From an uncultured Verrucomicrobiae bacterium (lineage in GTDB: Bacteria > Verrucomicrobiota > Verrucomicrobiia > Chthoniobacterales > JAFAMB01): a stretch of DNA of 64,000 nt. The translations under genes and the position numbers were made by a program. Positions 37,537 to 49,460 of the stretch are shown here, piece by piece. Under the pieces are notes generated by a model. It had not been told where the DNA came from. It ran no database searches and saw only the letters and a program-made list of their open reading frames with translations. The DNA lies in the NCBI GenBank assembly GCA_963762565.1, contig CAVXLD010000005.1, positions 448,001-512,000 on the forward strand. The letters are read 5' to 3'. Numbering within the stretch: position 1 is the stretch's first letter; each line of letters opens with the position of its first letter.

Positions 37537-39417
37537 GTGACAGCGACATCGACTGACACTAGAAAAGCCATTCTGGGGATCTCAGCCTTCTATCACGACA
37601 GCGCTGCGGCCGTCTTGGTTGACGGCAAGATCGTTGCCGCGGCCCAGGAAGAACGGTTTATCAGGAAGAAACACGATTCGTCATTTCCGATCAACGCGTG
37701 CCGATTCGTGCTCGATGAAGCAGGAGTTAAATTTGAAGACCTCCGCGCGGTGTCGTTCTACGATAAACCCTTCCTGAAGTTCGAACGCCTCCTCGAGACC
37801 TATCACGCCTTCGTTCCCAAAGGCTTCGCGAGCTTCGTTTCTGCCCTGCCTGTCTGGATCAAGGAGAAGCTCTTCATGAAACGCTTGATCTCCAGGCATC
37901 TGGCGGAGCTGGGCGGTGGCAGGGTGCCTATGTATTTTCCGGAACACCATCTATCCCACGCGGCTAGTGCGTTCTATCCGTCACCCTTTGCTGAAGCTGC
38001 CATTGTTACCATCGATGGTGTCGGCGAATGGGCCACAACGACGACAGGACTCGGTCAGGGTTCGGAGATATCGATTTTGAAGGAGCTGCAGTTTCCCCAT
38101 TCGGTCGGGTTACTCTATTCGGCATTCACTTACTACACCGGATTCGTCGTCAATAGCGGCGAATACAAGCTGATGGGCTTGGCTCCGTATGGCAACCCCT
38201 CATCCGCGCGCACGCTTGATTTTCTCGAAAAAATTACCACCGAGCTTGTCGATATTCGCGAAGACGGTTCCATCGTGCTCAACATGGATTGGTTCGATTA
38301 CGCCACTGGATTGACGATGGTTAAAGAAGAGAAATGGCAAAAACTCTTCAGAATTCCGCGGCGAGAGGCGGAGACAGAAATTACGCAGGGTTACATGGAT
38401 ATGGCGCTGGCCATCCAACTAGTCACGGAAGAGATTGTGCTCAGGCTTGCGCGAACCGCTAAGGAGTTAACCGGATGCAGAAATCTGGTGTTGGCCGGCG
38501 GCGTCGCCCTTAACTGTGTGGCCAACGGTAAGATTCTTAAGGCCGGGCTTTTCGATGATCTCTGGATCCAACCTGCGGCGGGCGACGCGGGTGGGGCGCT
38601 GGGAGCTGCATACGCTGTCTGGCACATCCACGACGGCCATCAACGGAGCATAGCCCCGGGCTGCGACGCTATGAGCGGAGCCTACCTCGGGCCCGAATTC
38701 TCCAACAAAGATATTCGACGGACGATCGAGAAGCATGGCGCTATTGCCCGCTACGTTGATGACTTCCAGGAATTGGCCGCTGAGGTAGCCGGGAAGCTTG
38801 CCGAAGGGAGCGTCGTGGCTTGGTTTCAAGGTCGAATGGAGTTTGGACCGCGCGCCCTGGGCAATCGCAGTATCCTGGGTGATGCTAGAAACCCGGAAAT
38901 GCAGAAGAAGATGAATCTCAAGATCAAGTATCGCGAGGGTTTCAGGCCATTTGCTCCCTCCGTGCTGGCGGAGGATCTCGAGGAGCTCTTCGAGTTGGAC
39001 CGGCAATCGCCGTACATGTTATTGGTAACGACAATCAGGGCAGAGAAACAAATCCCTCTCCCGGCGGGATTCGAAGCAAAGGGCCTTTACGAGCGCCTTT
39101 ATTTCCCGCGATCTGACCTTCCCGCGATAACTCACATCGACTATTCGGCTCGAATTCAAAGTGTCAGTCGAGAAACCAATCCTCGATACTGGCGATTAAT
39201 CCAGGAGTTCAAGAAGCTGACTGGTTATGGCGTAGTTGTGAACACCAGCTTCAATGTTCGGGGAGAGCCTATAGTCTGCAGTCCCGAAGATGCGTATCGC
39301 TGCTTCATGCGCACCGAAATTGATTACCTGGTACTTGGTGATTATTTCCTGGATAAGAAGGATCAGCCTCAACCGATTGATGGGGAGGGACAGCCGGCGC
39401 AGTTCCCGCTCGATTGA
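37537..39417 (+). CDS. O-carbamoyltransferase (NodU/CmcH/TobZ/SxtI family)
   Basis: GISAFYHDSAAA, AQEERF, EHHLSHAASA, TIDGVGE, EYKLMGLAPYG, GGVALNC, EFGPRALGNRS, NTSFN. GTG 37537 preferred; the track extension to 37060 overlaps sxtJ/K. Confidence 0.95.
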   Translation: MTATSTDTRKAILGISAFYHDSAAAVLVDGKIVAAAQEERFIRKKHDSSFPINACRFVLDEAGVKFEDLRAVSFYDKPFLKFERLLETYHAFVPKGFASFVSALPVWIKEKLFMKRLISRHLAELGGGRVPMYFPEHHLSHAASAFYPSPFAEAAIVTIDGVGEWATTTTGLGQGSEISILKELQFPHSVGLLYSAFTYYTGFVVNSGEYKLMGLAPYGNPSSARTLDFLEKITTELVDIREDGSIVLNMDWFDYATGLTMVKEEKWQKLFRIPRREAETEITQGYMDMALAIQLVTEEIVLRLARTAKELTGCRNLVLAGGVALNCVANGKILKAGLFDDLWIQPAAGDAGGALGAAYAVWHIHDGHQRSIAPGCDAMSGAYLGPEFSNKDIRRTIEKHGAIARYVDDFQELAAEVAGKLAEGSVVAWFQGRMEFGPRALGNRSILGDARNPEMQKKMNLKIKYREGFRPFAPSVLAEDLEELFELDRQSPYMLLVTTIRAEKQIPLPAGFEAKGLYERLYFPRSDLPAITHIDYSARIQSVSRETNPRYWRLIQEFKKLTGYGVVVNTSFNVRGEPIVCSPEDAYRCFMRTEIDYLVLGDYFLDKKDQPQPIDGEGQPAQFPLD

Positions 39418-40655
39418 CGATCTCAAGCCCAGACCCGTTCCAACCGATGCCTAAATCCACTAAGTCAACGTCGGCTCTAAGATTGATAGGCATTAACGCG
39501 GGGGTTTTCCTACTGCTTTATGCACTCATCGAGCTGTTATATAGTGGCTATCGCTATCTCACGGATGGCTCACCAGATTCGTTTTCTGTTTTTGAACATC
39601 CGGGCCAGACAATTAAGTTCGACCCGGTTCGCGGCTATTATCTAACCCGAACACCTTCACGCATAGCTCGGGTGAACTTTGGGAAGATTGAGTACCAGGG
39701 ATCCTATCAAGGCAACGGGCAAGGTTTTGCCGATCGCGATGATTTCAATATTAAACGGTCTTCAGCAAGCGAACGGCGAGTGGCGGTTTTTGGGGATTCG
39801 TTCGCGGCGGCAATCATGGAGCCTCTCAACTCGCCCAACTGGCCGGACCGGGTGGAAGATCTACGCCAGGTAAATGGAAGCGGACCGCTGGTATTGCTCA
39901 ATTTTTCTTTGGATGGCGCTGGCCTGGCTAATTGGGCGAGCATTCTCCGCAACGTCGTCGTGAAGGATCAAAATGAGCTTGACGGGCTCCTCTTCGCGGT
40001 TGCTTGGGACGATCTTGATCGAACGTTTGCCTTCTTCGATCAAGTCGATTCGCATAGATTCCTACACGCCGTAGCGCCCACCTGGGATATCGCCGCCCAA
40101 CCGAAGACAAGGGGTGAGGCGCTTGAGTTTCTCGAAAAGGACCCCGATCCGGCACATAGGTATGTGTTATCAACTGAAGAGTATGACGCGTTTCTAACTG
40201 GAAACTGGAAACCCAGACAATGGTCGTTTCGACTTTCCGAGTTAGTCGCTGGAATGCTTCGCGGTGGGCCACCAAGAAGGAATCCGCGCGCCGAGTTCGA
40301 GCCCGGACAGCTCGCGCTTATAGAGCAGATCCAGCAGATTGCGAAAGAGCACTCATGGCCAATCGCGGTAGTTTATGTCCCCAATCGAGAAGAACTGCTT
40401 GGTTCGAGGGAGGACCCTAACATCGAAAAATGTAGCAAGTTTTCAGAAACACTGGGCGCCACCTTCTTTGATGGGCGGGAAGCATTCCAAGGACTTAGCC
40501 ATCAGCAGATCAAGGACGACTGGTTCCCGATCGATGCTCATTGGAATCGGGGAGGGTCTGACCAGTTTGCCGGCTTTATGGCCCCTAAGATACAGGGTTG
40601 GCTCGCGGTGTCTGCGGAGCACCGAGCAAACTCTTCAACGGGCACCGGTGAGTAG
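39414..40655 (+). CDS. Membrane-anchored SGNH/GDSL-like protein (AlgX/AlgJ-like catalytic motifs)
   Basis: N-terminal TM segment, FGDSF block I and DAHWN (DxH) block V. Start may be ATG 39447. Confidence 0.75.
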   Translation: MTISSPDPFQPMPKSTKSTSALRLIGINAGVFLLLYALIELLYSGYRYLTDGSPDSFSVFEHPGQTIKFDPVRGYYLTRTPSRIARVNFGKIEYQGSYQGNGQGFADRDDFNIKRSSASERRVAVFGDSFAAAIMEPLNSPNWPDRVEDLRQVNGSGPLVLLNFSLDGAGLANWASILRNVVVKDQNELDGLLFAVAWDDLDRTFAFFDQVDSHRFLHAVAPTWDIAAQPKTRGEALEFLEKDPDPAHRYVLSTEEYDAFLTGNWKPRQWSFRLSELVAGMLRGGPPRRNPRAEFEPGQLALIEQIQQIAKEHSWPIAVVYVPNREELLGSREDPNIEKCSKFSETLGATFFDGREAFQGLSHQQIKDDWFPIDAHWNRGGSDQFAGFMAPKIQGWLAVSAEHRANSSTGTGE

Positions 40656-40973
40656 GGCACGATCTGAATCGAATCGAGCGCCGGAATTCTAGGCAAGTAC
40701 TGCGACTCGCAGTAGTCGCTTTTCCAGCGCTGGCCAAATCGACACCGATATAAAATTGATTTGATGGTTACAGAACGGGTACAGTGGTGCTGCTGCATAA
40801 CGACAACCTTGGGACGGCCAACAGTTGACCTGTCCCCATTCAGAACCTTTACGATCGATAGCCAGACTTTTGTCGACTATTGGCCTGTCCCCAGTCCGGT
40901 TATCTAACGTAACCCGACCTTGCCGGCACGCCGAGCCTTGACATAAAACCAGCCGCCGACAAGATGCACGAAG

Positions 40974-41516
40974 ATGGAAAACGAAATGTCGACTGCTCTA
41001 TCAACAATCCCGTCAGACGACCGCAAACGCAATCTAACGCTGGTGCAACCCGACAAAGAGGGAACCCTTCCTCACTTCGGTTTGGTTGGCGATACCTATA
41101 CCATTACGGTGACGGGCGAGGAGACCGACGGACGCTTCTGCGTAGTTGATATGCACATCCCCCCAGGTGGAGGGCCGCCGCCGCATCGGCATGACTTCGA
41201 GGAAACCTTCATCCTGCTCGAAGGGGAGATGGAAGCAACCTTCCGTGGCAAGAAGTTGATTGTGCGTGCCGGTGATACCCTGAACATTCCTGCCAACGCT
41301 CCGCATCAGTTTCTCAACGCTTCCGCTGGGCCGGTACGTCTCCTCTGCATCTGTTCTCCGGCGGGACAAGATAAATTTTTCATGGAGGTTGGGGTACCGG
41401 TCGCTACTCGGACGACGCCCCCACCGAAGTTGGACGAAAAAGAGCAAGTGGCGTTCATCGAAAAAGTGAAGGCGCTCGCGCCAAAGTACCGCACTGAACT
41501 GCTAAGAGAGGCGTAG
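40974..41516 (+). CDS. Cupin domain protein
   Basis: GGGPPPHRHDFEETF and AGDTLNIPANAPHQF cupin motifs. Confidence 0.9.
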   Translation: MENEMSTALSTIPSDDRKRNLTLVQPDKEGTLPHFGLVGDTYTITVTGEETDGRFCVVDMHIPPGGGPPPHRHDFEETFILLEGEMEATFRGKKLIVRAGDTLNIPANAPHQFLNASAGPVRLLCICSPAGQDKFFMEVGVPVATRTTPPPKLDEKEQVAFIEKVKALAPKYRTELLREA

Positions 41517-41543
41517 GTCTTAACTTTCTCCTAAGGACGTGTC

Positions 41544-41868
41544 TTAAACTTTGGACATTGTGAACAGCGCTTCAAATTGGGCCGCGGTTCGGTGAACGTT
41601 CACGGTCGTGCGACTAATGGATTCCTGCGTGATTTTCCAACCATTATCTTGTGCCCATTTTTTTACGATAGCGTAGTCGGTTTGATTCGCGCCGTATGCA
41701 GCCGCGAATTCTTGAGGGCTTAGGAATTTTCCATAGAGCTCGTCGCCAGGAGTCGCCACGCGGGGCAAACTCTGCCGCTCCATTCGGGTCCCTAAGCGGT
41801 AACACCAACACCACGCTAATTTCCTTTTCCGGTTCAGTGTGGGAAACCAGCGTCGATTTAGAGATCAT
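41544..41868 (-). pseudogene. Frameshifted S53 (sedolisin/kumamolisin) propeptide fragment
   Basis: ISVVLVLPLRD in one frame, then TPGDELYGKFLSPQEFAAAYG...TAAQFEALF in another. No catalytic domain follows. Confidence 0.8.
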
Positions 41869-41923
41869 TGGCGAGACTGCGATGGTCGCGTCCTTTTGAC
41901 GCCGGTGCCTGAGCCTTCGATAC

Positions 41924-41974
41924 TTGAGATAATACTCGCATAAGGAAAGTTATTTGAGTAAGCCCTCGCATAAG
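41924..41974. promoter_or_regulatory. Candidate tandem TetR operators
   Basis: TTGAG-N6-CTCGCATAAG at 41924-41944 and 41954-41974, the second overlapping the TetR start codon. Confidence 0.45.
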
Positions 41975-42601
41975 TCAAGTACGAAAAAAGCACGGGCTGT
42001 TCAGGCACCCCAACGGTCCCATGGAAGATTGCGAGTTGCCGCTATCATGGAGGCAGCGGAAGCGGTCATCGCTGAGAAAGGATTCGAAGCTGCGACAATG
42101 GCCGAAATTGCGACGCGCTCCGGCACCAAGATCGGCTCGCTTTACCGTTTCTTTCCGAACAAGGAAAGCCTCGCAGACACGATTGTCGTGAGCGCTCGCA
42201 ACAACCTGGACGCAGTATTTGATCAGTTTGACGCAAAGGTAAGTGCGCTGTCGATTCGGGCTTTGGCCGATGATCTTCTGTCCCTGCTTCTCGAGCCGAT
42301 ATTCAACAGGCCAGCCGTTATGAAGCTTCTCGATTCCGGGCCGAACTGCTCGGCCAAACGGGAGGAATTCCGTGGCGCGGTGCTGGGCCACATGGCCAAG
42401 ACGCTCATGATTTACAATCCGGATCTGCGAAAGGAGGCCGCCGCGAATATAGCTCTTGTGATTCTGCTCAACATCAAGGCGGCGTCCACGCACCAAGGGC
42501 TGTCACCTAGCGCCTTGAGCGAATTTCGTAAGATGGTAAGGCTCTATATAGAAAGCAGACTGCAGCAACCCTTCTCTGCAAAAAAAAGCGCTGCATCCTA
42601 A
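41954..42601 (+). CDS. TetR/AcrR family regulator
   Basis: N-terminal HTH GFEAATMAEIATRSGTKIGSLYRFFPNKE. Confidence 0.93.
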   Translation: MSKPSHKSSTKKARAVQAPQRSHGRLRVAAIMEAAEAVIAEKGFEAATMAEIATRSGTKIGSLYRFFPNKESLADTIVVSARNNLDAVFDQFDAKVSALSIRALADDLLSLLLEPIFNRPAVMKLLDSGPNCSAKREEFRGAVLGHMAKTLMIYNPDLRKEAAANIALVILLNIKAASTHQGLSPSALSEFRKMVRLYIESRLQQPFSAKKSAAS

Positions 42602-42832
42602 ACGTGCGCCCTGCTCCGGCAAGCTGGCAAAGCGCGCATTCCTTGGCCGATGAGCGAAGCCGGGAGCGGGGCGTCCTGCTGGAAGAGGGGATTGGTTGTC
42701 AGCTGGCCGGTCTGCGGCGGGCAGTGCGGAAGAGCCTACGGAAACGCAACTCTCTTTGATAATTTCTTGCTGCACCCGGCCCTCCGTTCAACACCCCGCC
42801 CTAAAAATCCTCCGCTACCAAATCAGCTGGTT

Positions 42833-43813
42833 TCAGCAGTTGTCCGTGTATTGCGCGAGCTGTTCTGCCATGCGCTCGCGCTCGATAAATTTGGCTATCT
42901 GTGTGCCCAACGCCGTAAGCATGGAGAGTAAATCATCATCCGGAGCATGGATCCCACGGCTGAAGAACTCCATCACACCCGTCACTTCGCCGTCGAGAAT
43001 AATTGGAAACGCAAATGCGCCATGGAGCCCTCCCTTCGCCGCTTCTGCAGCGCGCGGGAAATTGTCATCTACGACTACATCCGGAATCCAGAATGCCTTG
43101 CGGCTGGACCACACGCGCCCGGGAAGTCCCATGTCGGACGCAAAAGCAGCCCGTTGCGTGGCATCAATAAAAGCTTGGACGTTTACCCCGGGCGCGTACC
43201 AAACGTCTGCGCACCGCAGCACGTTTGCCTCGGCATCCACATACCAAAGCCCGCCAACATCCCAGCTCATGGTTTCGCAGATCGACTGAACGACCTTGCT
43301 GGAAGCCTCACCAAGATGCCGCACTTCCGCTAGGGTGCGCGTCACCGCGTATTGGAGAGCCAAGCGAGCGTTGGCTTGGTCGCGCTCTTCCTCGGCCAAC
43401 TTGCGCTGAGTGATATCCTGCACCATGCCTTCGTAATAAAGTACTTCGCCGCTGACTTCATCGCGCACCAGGCGCGCGCCTTCCAATATCCAGATGACGC
43501 TCTTATCGCGCCGGTAGATTTGCGACTCAAAATCGATCACCTTCCCATGTTCGCGTACCAGTTTGAGAAATTCAGCGCGGCGGCCGGGTTTGACATAGAG
43601 TTGACGGCTGATGTCCGTTAGTGCCCCGATCAACTCTTCGGGCGAGTTGTAGCCATACATGCGCGCAAGCGCCGGGTTAGCGCTGAGATATTGCCCCTGC
43701 GGCGTTGTCTGAAAGATTCCAATAACACAGTGCTCGAAGATGCTACGATATTTCTGCTCGGCTTGTCGGACAGCCTCAAGCGCGGATTCGGACCCCATAA
43801 TTTCGCCTTCCAT
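42833..43813 (-). CDS. PAS/PAC-GAF sensor protein without output domain (possibly truncated)
   Basis: KYRSIFE..IGIFQTT..YLSANPALARMYGY, YYEGMVQDITQRK, GAF GLPGRVW..DDNFPR..GVMEFFS. Stops right after the GAF helix. ATG 43813 preferred. Confidence 0.8.
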   Translation of the reverse strand: MEGEIMGSESALEAVRQAEQKYRSIFEHCVIGIFQTTPQGQYLSANPALARMYGYNSPEELIGALTDISRQLYVKPGRRAEFLKLVREHGKVIDFESQIYRRDKSVIWILEGARLVRDEVSGEVLYYEGMVQDITQRKLAEEERDQANARLALQYAVTRTLAEVRHLGEASSKVVQSICETMSWDVGGLWYVDAEANVLRCADVWYAPGVNVQAFIDATQRAAFASDMGLPGRVWSSRKAFWIPDVVVDDNFPRAAEAAKGGLHGAFAFPIILDGEVTGVMEFFSRGIHAPDDDLLSMLTALGTQIAKFIERERMAEQLAQYTDNC

Positions 43814-44068
43814 AACTTTTTGTGATTTGCATCGCCGGCCAATCCATTTGTAAACAAATACAGCTTGGCTCCAACCGTACTGACAAGAGCCGTTGATAAG
43901 CAATTTTTAGGCCTAGAGAGACCCACAAGACTTAGCCTTCAGACGATACCGCAGAAGGAGATCGACGGCCTTTTGGTCTGAGTTTTCCGATCTGGCTCGA
44001 CCGACGTTTCGCCTGTTCATACGAGTCGCGAATCGATTCTTCAGCGATTGGTCGAGAATCCTCATACC

Positions 44069-44218
44069 ATTGTCGCGGATAATCGTGTTCGGCGTACGGT
44101 TCAAGCCATTGTACGTAAGGCCCGAACAGGAAGACTGAATGACGGCCGGGTTTTTGTTGTGCCTATCCAAGAAGCGATTCGCATTCGGACCGGAGAGCGA
44201 GGAGAGTCTGCGGTCTGA
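44069..44218 (+). pseudogene. C-terminal half of a PII (GlnB/GlnK) protein
   Basis: IVADNRVRRTVQAIVRKARTGRLNDGRVFVVPIQEAIRIRTGERGESAV*. The upstream frame is unrelated and closed by a stop at 43979. Not in the ORF track. Confidence 0.85.
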
Positions 44219-44260
44219 GCTACCAATCATCGAAAACTTTCCCCTGTCCGACTCTGGCGT

Positions 44261-44440
44261 TGCATGAGTCAGCGACTCTCCGAAATCCAAGGTGCCACCC
44301 GGCATTGTCCATTTGTCGTTGTCTTTTCTGTGGAACAGCAAAAGCTCGCCGTTCGAATTGAACAAGGCCACAGCAGTCGCTGGGCGAATTGAGTTCGGTT
44401 TCGGGGCTTCCAGATCGTAAAAGTAGTCGCGCCGTGCCAT
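44261..44440 (-). pseudogene. N-terminal NUDIX hydrolase fragment
   Basis: MARRDYFYDLEAPKPNSI...HRKDNDKWTMPGGTLDFGESL breaks off before REUxEE and runs into the antisense of the PII fragment. Confidence 0.8.
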
Positions 44441-44442
44441 CG

Positions 44443-44688
44443 CTAGCGCTCCTCTTCTTTGATTGGTTCGCGGTACCAAGCCTCGACTTCAGGAGTGGTA
44501 TTCACGGGCACCTCATCGTTTCCCGGCGGAACTTTGATGAATAATATCTCTGTGCCAGGCGTGGATTTCTGAGCATAGGCGACGCCGGGTTCGATCACGT
44601 AGAAGTCACCCTTTCCAAAGACGTGCTCAGCCCCGGAGCCCAGGTCGAGATACGCTGTCAATCCAACAGTTATCGACGTGAAACTCAC
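44443..44688 (-). pseudogene. Cupin-like fragment, probably 5'-truncated
   Basis: GDFYVIEPGVAYAQK..TEILFIKVPPG resembles cupin motif 2. Motif 1 is absent. Confidence 0.5.
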
Positions 44689-44847
44689 CGTGGTTTGAGC
44701 TGATGCTTTCGGGGGGTAGGGACGGCATATCGATGGCCGATAGAGATTCCGTTAGGTGCGGCAGGGGAGGTGTTCGCTCGAGCGGCAAAGGATTCGGCGC
44801 AAATCTCTCAGTTGATCGGTGTTGCTTCAGACCTTAGCGTTCGCTTC

Positions 44848-44973
44848 ATGGGCGACAAATCTCCAAAATCCAAAAACAAGCAGGCGACGCAGAAACAAAC
44901 CAAGGCGGAAGTTGAAAGCCAAAAGAAGAAAGAGGCCGCTAGCGCTAAGCAGACCGTGAAGACTAAAAAGTAG
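44848..44973 (+). CDS. Small Lys-rich basic protein (41 aa)
   Basis: MGDKSPKSKNKQATQKQTKAEVESQKKKEAASAKQTVKTKK from ATG 44848. Confidence 0.55.
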   Translation: MGDKSPKSKNKQATQKQTKAEVESQKKKEAASAKQTVKTKK

Positions 44974-44984
44974 TCCGCGCGCAA

Positions 44985-45028
44985 GAGCGATGGGGCGAAG
45001 GGGCGACAGGGCGAATGGCGACACGGCG
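44985..45028 (+). repeat. Degenerate ~8-bp GGCGA tandem repeat
   Basis: GGCGA recurs about every 8 nt. Shares GGGGCGACAGGGCGAA with the tract at 62363-62412. Confidence 0.65.
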
Positions 45029-45125
45029 GGCAGCTTAGGCCAGAAACGTTGGCCTGCTGTTAGGTAGCCGGATTGATACCGATCAGCCGCCCTCAACTTT
45101 GTGGCTTTGCGTGCGATTTTCGTCT

Positions 45126-45395
45126 TCAGTCCTTCGATGAGCCGGTGAGCTTCTCGTAATAGGCGGCTGCATCATCTAACTTTTCAAAGCTAGAAATCCG
45201 GTTAGCAGCCTCCGGCCAGACGAATCGTTCGAAGCCGTGAAAGTCGATAGAATCCGCGGTCACAACCACGTATCTCGCCGCCAGATCGTTCAGTCGAAGT
45301 AGAAAAACCGATTCAGACTGTCGCCTCACGGAATAGACTTTTCCATCTACAACCACGGTGCGCCGACACATTTCCACGCGCTCTGCCATTGCCAC
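45126..45395 (-). CDS. Hypothetical protein
   Basis: 89-aa ORF with protein-like composition filling an intergenic gap. No family recognised. Confidence 0.45.
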   Translation of the reverse strand: MAMAERVEMCRRTVVVDGKVYSVRRQSESVFLLRLNDLAARYVVVTADSIDFHGFERFVWPEAANRISSFEKLDDAAAYYEKLTGSSKD

Positions 45396-45606
45396 ACTGT
45401 CGCTCGACTTTTTGAAGACCGCACTCGAATCCTTGAGTGGTGCGAGCGGAGGGCAAGTGAGAGGGGATTGGTCGGTACGGATTTAGTTCTCGCAGCGGCG
45501 TTCAATCCGCCAAATTTCGTCGCAATCTCCCATATATTTTTAGACGCTCAGCCATTCCAAAAGAGTATTGGTCGAGATCGGGAGTTTTGGGGGAAGAGTG
45601 CGGTAA

Positions 45607-47787
<2,181 letters not shown>

Positions 47788-48618
47788 GGATCGTTTCGTC
47801 TTCACTACAATGCCGGATCCATAGGAAAACAAATCGGAATAGCCACAAAAGAGCGCAAGGAACGCAAAAAAAAGACGAAGCAAAAGTCTCGCGCAAAGGC
47901 GCTACGATGAAAACGAAGACCGGATCAATTCACAGCAAGATCACGAAGGCCACAAAGACAGAGTATCTATGCAGCGAGGCTGAACCTGTGGAATCCGTTT
48001 TTTGTGCTTTTTCGCCTCCGCCAAGCCTTCGGCGCGACCAGTTTTCGCGGCTATTTCGGATTTCGGCCCCATCCCAGGCACGCGAAGGCACGCTCCACGG
48101 ATACCAGCACCTACCTGCGTTTTTGACGCGGGTTTAGCCCCCATCCGACCTCCGCCGCCGGGTCACTGTTCTTGTCCGCAAAATCCCGTTTGCACGCTTC
48201 CTTGGCATTTCTCTCGGATTCGAATTGACCGACTAAATTCAATTTGTCCGACTCGGACGCGATGAACATCGATCCCCCGATCAGTTTGATTTCCTCAATT
48301 TGGTAAATCGGTAAGGAAGGGCCAATGAAAAAGCGGCTCACGCGGTCTTCGCGCTCCCAACGCGGATATATTGATTCGTTCGTACTCATATACTCTTTCG
48401 GTTCCCGATTTGTCCGTTGTTCTGCTCTCACACTTCGGAAGCGGCCGCTCTCTCCCGGAGATTCCGAGGCGGATTTGGGACAAGTCGTGTGCTCGCTCAA
48501 TACCTCGCTTCTACCTTGACCTTCCACCCTTTTGACTGCGAACACGAAGAAATTCTCTGCTAGACAGTTAGATAGCGAGTGGCGCTTGCTGATCTCGACA
48601 GTTTGGTGCTAAGCCCGG

Positions 48619-49092
48619 CTAGGCCACGCGCCATTCAATCAAGGCCGCGTAGGCTTGACCCTTTCCTAGATCGGGGTCAATGGTTAACTCCAACGCTAAG
48701 ACGTGGCTCAAATCGACCCGGTAATCTTCTGTCTCTATCGCCGAAGTTCGGGGATTAAAATTCCATTGCTGACGAACGATCTCCGTGAAAGGACTTGTTT
48801 GGCCATCCGCCCAGCGCAGGGTGAACTGCTGCGTTCGCTCAACCTCTAATTCCGAGAAACGGAACCATATCCGTCGAAGGTTCTGTGGTTCGTCAAATAA
48901 CAAACGGATTGTCTGCACACCGGGTTTGGCAGCACGCCATCCGAGATTTTCACCCTGCTCAAATGCCGATTCGATTGGGTGTTGCAGATCTTCAGAGGGA
49001 ACCTCCACCCGAGCAATTTCTTCAAGGTTCAACCATTCGTCATCCTTCCCGGAGATACCTGGCTTGGCGCTGCCGATGACATTCTTGCGCAT
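48619..49092 (-). CDS. Conserved galactose-binding-fold-like (carbohydrate-binding) protein
   Basis: SED..HPIESA..GWRAAKPG.QTIRLLFDEPQ..RTQQF.LRW..EIVRQQWNF pattern. Confidence 0.7.
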   Translation of the reverse strand: MRKNVIGSAKPGISGKDDEWLNLEEIARVEVPSEDLQHPIESAFEQGENLGWRAAKPGVQTIRLLFDEPQNLRRIWFRFSELEVERTQQFTLRWADGQTSPFTEIVRQQWNFNPRTSAIETEDYRVDLSHVLALELTIDPDLGKGQAYAALIEWRVA

Positions 49093-49460
49093 GTCTAAAA
49101 GATGTTACTAAATCGGAAATCTGATCTTATGAGTATGTAACCGATGCTTGGCTTTCTTTTGTGAGCGGCGGTTGCTTCGACGTAGCATCTCACCGATCAG
49201 GAGTGGAAAGTCACTTAAGGTCGGCGATGCCGAAAAACGATTGGTTTCATCACTGCGCGCGGCGTTATTTCTGGAATACATAATATAACCTTGTCTAACC
49301 TATACAGAGAGGTTCGTCCGATCGCTGCCTGACACCCTATACTTAGAAGGTCCACTTACGGTTGTCTTCGGGTATGGCCGCCGAATTTTGTCATTTCACC
49401 TGAAGAGTGTTATAATTTTTCCGTTTGGCGGGCTCGCCTGGAATCATCAATGATAACCGT

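Noticed and set aside
36953..39417. Saxitoxin biosynthesis cluster
   Set aside because: Only sxtI/J/K-like genes are present, with no sxtA, sxtG or other core genes. This trio occurs widely outside toxin producers.
37537..39417. Carbamoyltransferase as a tailoring enzyme of the PKS-NRPS
   Set aside because: It lies outside the att-bounded block, beyond a transposase, in its own membrane/SGNH operon. Not excluded, but unsupported.
43913..44479. 188-aa NUDIX protein
   Set aside because: The NUDIX box is incomplete, and the remainder is the antisense of a PII fragment.
48111..48545. 144-aa hypothetical ORF
   Set aside because: Start is uncertain, the 3' end runs toward REP-like sequence, and no family was recognised. 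A shorter gene from ATG 48389 is possible but unsupported.
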